A DNA stretch of 63,211 bases, the filler included, from Octopus bimaculoides (taxonomy: Eukaryota): assembly GCF_001194135.2 (NCBI RefSeq). It is 6 parts of 6 records of this genome, joined end to end, with 100 filler letters (N's around TTAATTAATTAA, not from the genome) between each part and the next. Parts side by side here need not be neighbours in the genome. Positions count along the whole stretch, not along the records: positions 47,534 to 58,434 come from NC_069010.1; positions 58,535 to 63,211 come from NW_026362527.1; 4 more parts are not named here. The stretch is one strand, 5' to 3'. How positions within the stretch are numbered: position 1 is the stretch's first letter; each line of letters opens with the position of its first letter. A program made the position numbers and the translations under genes. Of the stretch, positions 51,002 through 62,109 are shown piece by piece. The notes below the pieces were generated by a model. It was given only the letters and a program-made list of their open reading frames with translations. It was not told the origin of the DNA and ran no database searches.

Positions 51002-51560
51002 AAATATTTGGCACTGTCATGCTATTAGCTGTCAGAAGTGAAAGTACTCACTGCTAGTGAAGTATCTGTCTGTCTGCCTGCATGCCTGTTGCTGGCCTGT
51101 CGATTCTTTGGCTACTGACAGCTAATACCATGACTGGCCGGAGCGAGCTATATGTCTGTCTCTCTCTCTATCTATCTATCTATCACTCGAAAGTTATTGG
51201 AACAAATTTGACACCAATATCCATGCGTTTGAAAACACACAGANNNNNNNNNNCTCTGTTGAAAATTATATTTTTATATTTTAAATAATTTGCAATTTCA
51301 GGAAATATGTTTTTATATTAAATTTGTGTTTTCTACTCACGACTAGCTAGCGCGGACGCGCGAACTTTCGAGTAATAGATAGATAGATAGAGAGAGAGAC
51401 AGACAGACAGATAGCTCGCTCCGGCCAGTCATGGTATTAGCTGTCAGTAGCCAAAGAATCGACAGGCCAGCAACAGGCATGCAGGCAGACAGACAGATAC
51501 TTCACTAGCAGTGAGCACTTTCACTTCTGACAGCTAATAGCATGACAGTGGCAAATATTT
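51002..51560. repeat. Long inverted repeat: ~195-bp near-identical arms, ~170-bp spacer containing a 10-N gap
   Basis: 51002-51195 is the reverse complement of 51363-51560 with few mismatches. Confidence 0.88.
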
Positions 51561-52694
51561 CACCTTATCAGATGTAGCTGTTTTCTTGATTAAAAAAATT
51601 GGACAAAGTAGGTAATCGTACCGAAAGATCGCCGAAAGTATTTCCGAGGATAATAAGTGTGAATCTGAGAGGGGAATATTTTGAATAAAATCGTAATTTA
51701 CTGATCCTCCTGTATTTTCTTCTACCCAAAGCCAGGACGTTTTCAGCCCCACCCACCCCCGTAGAGAGTCCAGCAACGCGCTGCAACGGCGCATGCCCCA
51801 CCATATCTGACTTGATCTCAGGACTTGAATAGTACTTATTTTATCGATCCCGAAACGCAGATTTCATCCCAGAAGATAGAGAGCTACCTAAATAAGGGTT
51901 TCAAAGTCGGGCGGACGTAAAGAATTTGGATTGCACCCACTTTCGTTATTATTTATTTATTTATTATTATTTNNNNNNNNNNNNNNNNNNNNNNNNNNNN
52001 NNNNNNNNNNNNNNNNNNNNNNNNNNNNNNNNNNNNNNNNNNNNNNNNNNNNNNNNNNNNNNNNNNNNNNNNNNNNNNNNNNNNNNNNNNNNNNNNNNNN
52101 NNNNNNNNNNNNNNNNNNNNNNNNNNNNNNNNNNNNNNNNNNNNNNNNNNNNNNNNNNNNNNNNNNNNNNNNNNNNNNNNNNNNNNNNNNNNNNNNNNNN
52201 NNNNNNNNNNNNNNNNNNNNNNNNNNNNNNNNNNNNNNNNNNNNNNNNNNNNNNNNNNNNNNNNNNNNNNNNNNNNNNNNNNNNNNNNNNNNNNNNNNNN
52301 NNNNNNNNNNNNNNNNNNNNNNNNNNNNNNNNNNNNNNNNNNNNNNNNNNNNNNNNNNNNNNNNNNNNNNNNNNNNNNNNNNNNNNNNNNNNNNNNNNNN
52401 NNNNNNNNNNNNNNNNNNNNNNNNNNNNNNNNNNNNNNNNNNNNNAATCTGCCAGCTCCGCCTTGTGTCACCTAAATAATAAAAATTAATAAAATCTTGC
52501 ATTTATACCAAAACCTGACGTTAGTTGGGAATGGACACGGGATGTATTCGATTGAATCCATCCTAAGAATAACCGGTATTTACATATTATCGACTTCTTT
52601 TCGGCCGAGCCAACGTGGTGTCTGATCTGCTAAAAATAGTAGAGAATGCCGTTTCATGTCATGACACTTGTGCGTAAAAATAATACTTTTTGTC

Positions 52695-53076
52695 TGTTAC
52701 TTGTTTCGGTCATAAGACTGCGGCCGTGCTGGGGCATCGCCTGAAAGAATTTTAGCCGAACGAAACAACCTCAATACATTTTTTAAAGGCTGGTACTTAT
52801 CTTACCGATTTCTTTTGTCGAACCACTAAGTTACGGGGACGTAAACACACCAACACCTGTTGTCAAGCGTTGGTGGGGGGACAAACACAGACACAAAGAC
52901 ACATAGATGTATACTTATATATACGACGGGCTTCTTTCAGTTTCCGTCTACCAAATTCACTCATAAGTCTTTGGCCGACTCGAGGCTATAGTAGAAGACA
53001 CTTGCCCAAGGTGTCACGCTGTAGGACTGAACCCGGGATCATGTGGTTTGGAAGCAAGCTTCCTAGCACACAGCCA
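52695..53076 (-). mobile_element. SINE family A, near full-length including the 3' body
   Basis: Head 52923-53076 plus 3' segment TTACTTGTTTC.GTCAT..GACTGCGGCC.TGCTGG...TAAGTTACGGGGACGTAAACACACC. Confidence 0.9.
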
Positions 53077-53199
53077 AGGCTGCAAAAAAAAAAGAGAAAA
53101 ATAATTAAATAAAAAAAGACTCATTAAATAATTAGTCCTAGAGTATATCTGAGTAAGAGACAAGGATGATCATGGAAAGAACACCTTTAATAATAGAAG

Positions 53200-54790
53200 A
53201 CAACTGGATCAGAAATGACTCGGGGTTAAACAACAACAACGCGAAAACACGGGTCAGCATGGTTGTTCGGTTTGCTAGAAATGGCAACCAAATCTTCGAT
53301 TCACATCATACATTCTTAGGGAAGGAAACGTTTGATCGTGTGTTCGTTTCCCTATACGCGGTTAACAGATGGGATGGTCACGATAAGAATTTCTTTAATC
53401 ATAAATTTATTCGATCCAGGCTGACCTATACAAGCTAATGTGTTCGGTCAAACTACTAGAAATAGCAGCTAAATTTCTCTTATTTTACACTTACCGTTCG
53501 CTTATTCATACGGCTGCGTGTTCGCCTCGTGTACATAAGGAAATAAGACGGGATGGCCACAACTGAATCACCTTTGATCACAGGTCTGCTCGTTCGAGCC
53601 TGACTCGGGGTTAAATAACAAAAAACATGAGCCAGCGTGGTTGCAGGCTTCCCCAAAATAGCAGCTAAATCTTCAATTTACACACTAGATCATTTTTGGT
53701 CATAGGTCTGGTCGATGAAACCTGACCTGGGGTTAAACCGCAACGCAAGCCAACGTGATGGTCGCGACAGGAACACATTTAATCAGAGGTCTACTCGATC
53801 AATTCACCCTCAGATCACCTTCAATCACAGATTTGGTCGACTGGGGTTGACTTGTGGCTAAACAACAATATGAATCAACGTGATGGTTATGACTGGAGCA
53901 TCATTAATCACAGATCTACTCGATCAAGGTTGACCTGGTGTTAAATAACAATAGCAAACGTGGTCGTCGGCTTGCTAAATATACGCAACCAAATTTCCTT
54001 CAATGTGAAAACAAGATCACCTTTATTCTTTATTCTTAGGTCTGATTGATCGTGTCTAACCCAAGGGTAAACAACATTACATGCCAACGTGGTTGCACGA
54101 CCTGTTAGAAATAACAACCGATTCACTCTTTCAATTCACCCACGCGATCACCTTTGATCATAAAATCTGGTCGACCTGGGGCTAAACGACAACACAAGCC
54201 AACATGATAGCCACGATTGGAGCGTCTTTAATCACAGGTCTGCTCAACGAAGGCCAACTTGAGGTTAGACAGCGAACCAACGTTGTGACAAGGCTTGCTT
54301 AAAATAGCAGCCAAGTCTCCTTCAGTTTAATCCTCAAATCACCTCTGATCATAGGTCGAACTGACGCTAAACAATAACAACACGAACCAACACGATGGCC
54401 ACGACTGGAGCGCATTTTATTGTAGGTATGCTCGATGAAGGCTGACCTAGGGTTAAATAGCGAGCCAACGTGGTGGCAAGGCTTGCATAACGTAGCAACT
54501 AAATCTGCTTCAATTCCGTTTCCAAATCACCTTCGATTATAGGTCGAACTGGTGGTGCTTAGGAACAACACGAGAGAACGTGACAGCCACGACTGGAGCG
54601 CCTTTTATTGCATGCATGCTCGATGAAAGCCGACCTGGTGTTAAACAACGAGCCAACGTGGTGGCAAGGCTTGCTCGAAATAGCAGTTAAATCTCCTTTA
54701 ATTCAATCATTAAATCAACTCTGATCATAGATCAAACTGGTGTTAAACAATGAGCCAACGTGACAGCCACGACCGGAGCGCCTTTTTATT
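53200..54790 (+). repeat. Tandem array of SINE family D-derived units; ~188-bp period in 54146-54790
   Basis: Unit starts (A/G)ATCACC at 54146, 54336, 54524, 54712; recurrent CCACGACTGGAGCG, GCTCGAT, GACCTGG.GTTAAA, GCCAACGTGG, AAATAGCAG. Confidence 0.85.
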
Positions 54791-54931
54791 GAATCTCTGT
54801 CAGATTGATTCAGGTTCTCCTAGGGTTAAGCACCACAAACAACAACTCCAAAAATAACAACTATAGTAGCAGCGCGCTCAATGAAGGTGCCAGCTGCAAC
54901 TACTAAATCGTGTGCGTGTGGCTATGTGAGA

Positions 54932-54977
<46 letters not shown>

Positions 54978-56047
54978 CTATGTATGTGAATCTCTGTATG
55001 TGTGAGAGTCCGTGTATGCGTGTCTCCATGTAGATGTGTCTGTGTGGGTGTGAGAGTATGTGTATAGCTGTCTATGCGTGTGTGTGTGTGTGTGTGTATG
55101 TGNNNNNNNNNNNNNNNNNNNNNNNNNNNNNNNNNNNNNNNNNNNNNNNNNNNNNNNNNNNNNNNNNNNNNNNNNNNNNNNNNNNNNNNNNNNNNNNNNN
55201 NNNNNNNNNNNNNNNNNNNNNNNNNNNNNNNNNNNNNNNNNNNNNNNNNNNNNNNNNNNNNNNNNNNNNNNNNNNNNNNNNNNNNNNNNNNNNNNNNNNN
55301 NNNNNNNNNNNNNNNNNNNNNNNNNNNNNNNNNNNNNNNNNNNNNNNNNNNNNNNNNNNNNNNNNNNNNNNNNNNNNNNNNNNNNNNNNNNNNNNNNNNN
55401 NNNNNNNNNNNNNNNNNNNNNNNNNNNNNNNNNNNNNNNNNNNNNNNNNNNNNNNNNNNNNNNNNNNNNNNNNNNNNNNNNNNNNNNNNNNNNNNNNNNN
55501 NNNNNNNNNNNNNNNNNNNNNNNNNNNNNNNNNNNNNNNNNNNNNNNNNNNNNNNNNNNNNNNNNNNNNNNNNNNNNNNNNNNNNNNNNNNNNNNNNNNN
55601 NNNNNNNNNNNNNNNNNNNNNNNNNNNNNNNNNNNNNNNNNNNNNNNNNNNNNNNNNNNNNNNNNNNNNNNNNNNNNNNNNNNNNNNNNNNNNNNNNNNN
55701 NNNNNNNNNNNNNNNNNNNNNNNNNNNNNNNNNNNNNNNNNNNNNNNNNNNNNNNNNNNNNNNNNNNNNNNNNNNNNNNNNNNNNNNNNNNNNNNNNNNN
55801 NNNNNNNNNNNNNNNNNNNNNNNNNNNNNNNNNNNNNNNNNNNNNNNNNNNNNNNNNNNNNNNNNNNNNNNNNNNNNNNNNNNNNNNNNNNNNNNNNNNN
55901 NNNNNNNNNNNNNNNNNNNNNNNNNNNNNNNNNNNNNNNNNNNNNNNNNNNNNNNNNNNNNNNNNNNNNNNNNNNNNNNNNNNNNNNNNNNNNNNNNNNN
56001 NNNNNNNNNNNNNNNNNNNNNNNNNNNNNNNNNNNNNNNNNNNNNNN

Positions 56048-56078
<31 letters not shown>

Positions 56079-56174
56079 AAGGTTGTTTGTTATGGCTGGT
56101 CAGAGAGTGATCATTGGTTTCGCACCTTTAAAGCCCTCAGATGTATAGGCGACTCGTCAAACTCAAATAGTTGG

Positions 56175-56206
<32 letters not shown>

Positions 56207-56339
56207 GCTCCCAATATTTGTGTGTATGTAGTATGTACGTATATACATACATAAAGGTATATATACGTATTCGTTTGCTTTCACTATTTCTTCTTATTCT
56301 TCTTCGAACGAGCCATGTGACTTCTTTGACCGCCCTTCA

Positions 56340-56831
56340 TATTTATCTATCTATCCATCCATCTGTCGATCTATCTATGTATCTATTTATCTGTCTGTCT
56401 GTCTGTCTATCTATCAATCTATCTGTCTGTCTATCTATCGATCTGTCTATCTATCTATCTATCGATCGATCGATCTATCTGTCTATCCATCCATCTATAT
56501 CTGTCTGTCTATCTACCTATCTATCTGTCTATCTATCTATCTATCTATCCATCTATCTATCTATCTATCCATCTATCTATCCAGCTATCTATCTATCCAT
56601 CCATCCATCTGTCGGTACTACTAAAGCAGCGCGGACCCGAACGCGCAGTCGCGCGTCCGCGCTAGCTAGTCGTGAGTGGTCGATCCTAACCCTAACCCTA
56701 AACACATTCATTTGCACACGCGGGTTAGGGATAGGGTTAGGGTTAGGGTTAGGATCGACCACTCAAGACTAGCTAGCGCGGACACGCGACTGCGCGTTCG
56801 GGTCCGCGCTGCTTTAGTAGTACCCCATCTG

Positions 56832-56869
<38 letters not shown>

Positions 56870-56880
56870 CATCCTTTTAT
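56340..56880. repeat. (CTAT)/(CTGT)/(CCAT) tetranucleotide field hosting a fold-back insertion
   Basis: Direct reading. Confidence 0.9.
56614..56824. mobile_element. Fold-back/MITE-like element with 88-bp TIRs ending internally in telomeric (CCCTAA)/(TTAGGG) repeats
   Basis: 56614-56701 vs 56737-56824: 2 mismatches in 88; 35-bp spacer; superfamily unknown. Confidence 0.8.
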
Positions 56881-57950
56881 GAATATTTATTTCCCTGCTT
56901 CATGTCTCTTTTTTTCTCTAAATACGAACGATCATCATTCATTTTGGTTTTCCCAATCCAACCATCATCGTCGCACATTTGTTTCACCAGTTATTCATTT
57001 TCTCCCTACTGATCAAGCGCGCAAAATAAGAAAACGAAAAAGAAACAAGATTTTCAGACTGAAACACGAACAAACACCCGCCTCATCTCTGTCTATGTAT
57101 CTACACACATAATATATACACGCATACGTTCAAATTCCGCGGTAGTCAATCGTGCCTTTCGACCTTCTGCGGTCGGTAACTTATCTATCCACACACACAC
57201 ACACATAGATATAATAGGCAGAAACCATGTGGTAGTTAATGCTTTATAGGACAAACATGCGTTTCAGTAAAATACCATTTATCCACTCACTTATCTATCT
57301 ATCTATCTATCTATCTTCCATTTACTACCATCTATCTGTGTATGTATATATATATATATTTATTGTTTTATATATGTATATATTGTTTTATATATATATA
57401 TATATATTGTTTGATATAATAATATTAGGGATAAAGTCCAAAATTACAGGTAAAAACTCAATTAAAATCAATTTATTAAAAATTAAAATTAAATTAAGCT
57501 TCACAGTATAAAATATATATAAATATATAGTATTAGGGAAAAGAACCAAAGTTTATGAACTCATCGATGAAAAACCACTGTCACATATAGAAAAATTAAT
57601 AAGTAAAAGCACAATAAATGAGTATAATATAAAACAAAGTAACTATCATAAGATCAAGATAATATTGTTTTACATATATATATATTTATTGTTTTATATA
57701 TATATATATATATATATGTATATTTATTGTTTTATATGTATATACACGATCAATTCAAAGGACAAACGATTAAAAAACGGAAATATTAACGTGAGGACGT
57801 GCACAAACATATTTAATTCGACACTCATTGAGAGAGTTAACGTTTCGGTGTGTGTGTGTGTGTGTGCGCGCGCGCGCATGTATGTGATATAAATATGTGT
57901 GTATAGGCATTGCCGTTTCAAAGGAAACAATGCCTATATGTGTGTGTGTG

Positions 57951-57993
<43 letters not shown>

Positions 57994-58162
57994 GTGTGTT
58001 TGTATCAATTAGTTCGTAGGCGAGGAGCCTCTTGAGCCACTTAACAACATAGCAAAACTGTGATATTTCACCAATCTCCGTTTATGTCGTGTAGAGGCAA
58101 AAACATGAATTGCATCTTTCTTAATATTAATTACATAAATACTTACTGACGTACAATGCTGT

Positions 58163-58204
<42 letters not shown>

Positions 58205-58669
58205 TGACCTTAAAATAAACCCTTCTAGGTGGTGGGGCTCCAGGTTGGCCGCAGTCCAATGATACAACGTATAACGCACACACAATTATGTCTTATTTAC
58301 GTAACACTATATGTATGGATGAACGGACGGATGGAAGGATGGCATTCTTGTAGAACAGCGTCGTAATTTACCCATCGCTTCGAAGTACAATAATTTATGG
58401 GAAAGATATATACTTAAGGATTCTGCGATAATAANNNNNNNNNNNNNNNNNNNNNNNNNNNNNNNNNNNNNNNNNNNNTTAATTAATTAANNNNNNNNNN
58501 NNNNNNNNNNNNNNNNNNNNNNNNNNNNNNNNNNAAATACATACACACACAGGTCTATTTTTATTATAATAGATTATGTTTGCATAATGAAATACCATGT
58601 CCCTACAAATCATTAATATAATGTGTATGTATGCATATATGTATGATATATATTCATGCATGTATATTC

Positions 58670-59500
58670 TTTATTCATTTATCCATTTCAGCCATGTGGC
58701 TGCAGTCATCCTGGAGCACCACCATGATTTCGCAGTTNNNNNNNNNNCAGCCATGTGGCTGCAGTCATCCTGGAGCACCACCATGATTTCGCAGTTCTAT
58801 ATGTGGTTCCTGTATGTGCTTTTGCCTTGATTGTTGGCCTATTTTGTGTGTGAGGAAGTTTGACAGTACTGCCCTTATCTGTACTATATTGAGCTGTTGG
58901 TTCAGCCGGTATTGTGGAGAGAAGAATGTCTAGTTGTTTTTTGAACACATCCACATCCACATCATGTAGGTTTCTTAATTTTTGTAGCAGGGCATTGAAG
59001 AGCTGTGGGCTTTCAAACCCTAAGCTATTGCAGTGCCTGGTCCTGAATTTAGATGGAGTGGATGGTATCTTTGGTACAATACAACAGCATCCAGTTCAGG
59101 CATTTGTATAACACTCAATGCCAAAATTAGGTACTACTTCGTCCAGAATTTTTCATATATAAATTATTACAGATCTGTCGTGTCATTGTTCCAATGAGTA
59201 AAGACGTAGTTTTTTTTCGGCCTCTCCCAGTAGCTCATCTGCTGCGCTGTGACAATCTTTTTAGTGTAGTAACATTGGACTGCTTCAAGCTCTGCTGTTA
59301 GTTTGGTACTATGTGATGACCATAACAGAGCAGTAATCCAGGTGGCAAAGAACAAAGGTCCTCCACAGGGTCAACATAACTTCTTGGTCTCTAGTCTTGA
59401 AGGACCTTAGTAACCATCCTGCTAGTTGACTGCACTTTATTGCCATCTTGGTAATGTGCATATGAAATGCTGCATCATTACACATACTGATCCCCATGTC
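58670..59500 (-). mobile_element. CR1-like LINE 3' portion (5'-truncated)
   Basis: DMGISM.ND..F..HI......GWLLRSFKTR...MLTLW..FVL.HLDYCS, ELEAVQ..YTKKI...SYWER, QLFNAL...LRNL...DVFKKQLD..L..IP.EP. Confidence 0.88.
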
Positions 59501-59960
59501 ATAGAAGAGCTTACAAAACTTGCAATGTTTCTCCAGCAGCTACTAATATGCAAAACAGCATCAGACAATAGTCAGAGAAAATTTTCTCTTGGAACAGCAA
59601 AACTTTTTAATGAATCATTGATGATGTGAGCAATGACTGCAGCAGTTACAGCTGATTCAAGTGGCAAACATTATATTAAGAACATTTTCTTTGAGGATCT
59701 TAAACTGAACCAATAAGTACATTAGCAATTTTTTCGTTATTGATCTCACTTTCATCAACAATTCAAAATACATTTTGATTAGCCAGGTACCTCTTTTCAA
59801 CCATGTTTGCACTAAGCATATCAACATATTTTCAGCATGTAGGTTGAGTTGGCAGCAGATTATTGATAGAATCAAAGAGACTTCTCAAACTTGGATTAGT
59901 GAGCTCAATAAGGCAATGACAAAAGAACTCCACAATCAACTTCAAAAAGATTCAGCAATG
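59501..59960 (-). pseudogene. hAT-like (DUF659/CGGBP1-related) transposase fragment
   Basis: LTNPSLRSLFDSINNLLPT...VF*IVDESEINNEKIANVLIGS...IAHIINDSLKSFAVPRENFL*LLSDA...AGETLQVL; several stops and frameshifts. Confidence 0.7.
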
Positions 59961-60279
59961 CAACAGCAAAAGAAAATGGTTCAATTCAATTAACATCAGA
60001 TAAAAATTTACATAAAATAGTTAACAAACTTAAACAATACATAAAAAATATCTATTGAAATAATACTGAGAAATGGCTAACATACACTACACTTACATAT
60101 AGTGAAAAGAATGGCAAAGAAATACTTTAAATGGTAAATTTTAAATTCCTAAATAACAGATGCAAAGAATTAAAACTGTAAGTAGATACACTTACAACTG
60201 GATGGTAATAAATCATTCTTTTCTCAAAGAGGCATGTTTCATGAATCCCCCAAAAAGATGCAAATAATCAATGTTTGTA

Positions 60280-60326
60280 CCATCACCAATGAGACCAAGA
60301 AAGGTTGAAATCATGTGATCTGGTGG
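60280..60326 (+). ncRNA. Type I minimal hammerhead ribozyme motif, copy 1 (core mutated)
   Basis: CCATCA-CCAATGA-GACC aagaaa GGTT-GAAA-TCA tg TGA-TC-TGGTGG; stems I-III form and the AUC site is intact, but core CUGA reads CCAA. Confidence 0.7.
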
Positions 60327-60595
60327 TCCCAGCGCTGGAGTTGCTGGGGTTTTGCACCAAAAGTTTATATGAAAGTTTCTCTCAAAGTAACACTATAGTA
60401 AAGTTTGTTCTAATAGAATGTCCACGTTTAAGTGGGAATAAATATTACTTCTTGGTATTAATACTGCTTCTGTCGCTAATATATATTTTTTAACAAGCTC
60501 ACTGGCTAATCACAACACCAGTGTATGTTCAGGAACTGATTTTCTATATATCGCTGGCAGGGAGATGAGTCGCTGCTATCTCTAGCAGTCAGCGT

Positions 60596-60642
60596 TTGTC
60601 ACTGATGAGACCAAGGAAGGTCGAAATCAAGTGAGCTGGTGG
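60596..60642 (+). ncRNA. Type I minimal hammerhead ribozyme motif, copy 2 (core intact, U16.1 mutated)
   Basis: TTGTCA-CTGATGA-GACC aaggaa GGTC-GAAA-TCA ag TGA-GC-TGGTGG. Confidence 0.75.
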
Positions 60643-61592
60643 TCTCAGTGCTAGAGATGTCAAGGATTTATCTCCTTGCTAACTATATAAACAAGAGTAC
60701 ATTTTCCACCAAAAGCCTATGTGAGAGTTTCTCTCATGACATCTACCACAGTAGAGTTTGTTCTAACAGAACATTTACATTTCAGGGGAATGAATATTAG
60801 CAGTTGGTATCAATCAAGAATAACTAATATTGGTAAAAGTATCTTGAAATCAGAAATCTGTCTTACAGGAAAACTGTACAGACTTTTGTCTGTGTTCAAA
60901 TGACTGGATGCACATGATGTCAAATAATTTTCAACATTGAAGTCATAGGGAGTGCTAAAAATAGCTCTGAAGTGGTAGTCCAATACAACAGCTCTACTAA
61001 AAACTAGGAGAAATAGATATCAAATTTAGGTTTAATCAATTCATGAATATATATATCAATGAAGTTATTTATTCTTTCNNNNNNNNNNAGTCAAATATTA
61101 ATTTTTTTGTGTGAAATCTCATTTTCTTTTACCTTATTTTAATTTTAATGGATGATTTTAACTTTATGAACTTTAAAATGTGATTAATTATGGTGATTAA
61201 TAATAAGAAAGCTTTTTACCTTTGGTTTTAACACTGAGACAAACATTTTTTTATGAACTTTAACTTTTGGGGAAAAATTGTCTTACTGATAATCATCAAT
61301 AAAATGTTACCTATCTTCTTAAGTCACTCCAACAATATCTTATAGATCTCTGAAACATTATCAGAAACCAATGTATATTGAACCCATTTCTGGCAAAAAC
61401 AGTTCTCAGAAAATTGATCATTATCTTAATTGACCAGTCATTAACCCTGATGACTTGTGGCTCACCAGAAATTCATTGACAAGAATATGTCACACACCAA
61501 CATCAAGAATGTAACCCTAAAGCCTATGTCTCTGCATATAACTCTGGCTTTCTTCAATTAATCAAATATGCTCCATAATATCTGGTATGGGT

Positions 61593-62109
61593 TTAACCAT
61601 TTAACATTTAAACTGGCCATATCCAGCCCAAATATTCTGCCTGTTTTATGTCCAATCCAGTCTGATCTAGTCTCTCACACCTACCCTTCAATGTCATTCT
61701 AAAATCAAACAATCACATCATTGAAATCTCAAAGCTATGAGAGAATTCAGATTTATTAATGATCTGTAGGGACGCCGTAATTCATTGAGTTTGTGGATGA
61801 TTAATGGGTTGGATGGGTGCTGACGAAGGAACAAAAACTGAAATATGTAATATATGCCTATTACTGATTTTTCATCTTTGATNNNNNNNNNNAAAACTGA
61901 AATATGTAATATATGCCTATTACTGATTTTTCATCTTTGATCTCATTGTTGGTTACATCAGGTGTCTCAGATATGAAAACATCATAACAGAATCAGTGCT
62001 GGCTGTGATTTCTATAAAAAATCTGTAGAGATGACTTTGAAAAAGTCCAAAACAATGGAAATAAATACACATCACATTTGACGGAGTAATCTGAATGCTA
62101 AAGGGGTAA
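61593..62109. mobile_element. TTAA-ended (piggyBac-like) MITE interrupted by a ~300-bp insertion
   Basis: Ends TTAACCATTTAACATT... / ...AATGCTAAAGGGGTAA; the internal 61752-62050 segment begins and ends with ATCTGTAG(G/A)GA(C/T)G. Confidence 0.55.
61815..61859 (+). ncRNA. Type I hammerhead ribozyme motif
   Basis: GGGTG-CTGACGA-AG gaacaaaaa CT-GAAA-TAT gta ATA-TA-TGCCT; all core nucleotides present; stem I pairs with G-U wobbles; stem II has only 2 bp. Confidence 0.55.

Noticed and set aside
51534-51804. Two overlapping minus-strand ORFs (78 and 86 aa) in CpG-rich non-repetitive sequence
   Set aside because: No recognisable domain or convincing splice pair; the short length is compatible with chance.
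58690-58793. Exact ~46-bp direct repeat either side of a 10-N gap (likewise 61833-61942)
   Set aside because: Typical unmerged contig overlap at a minimal gap; not a TSD or a real tandem duplication unless long reads show otherwise.
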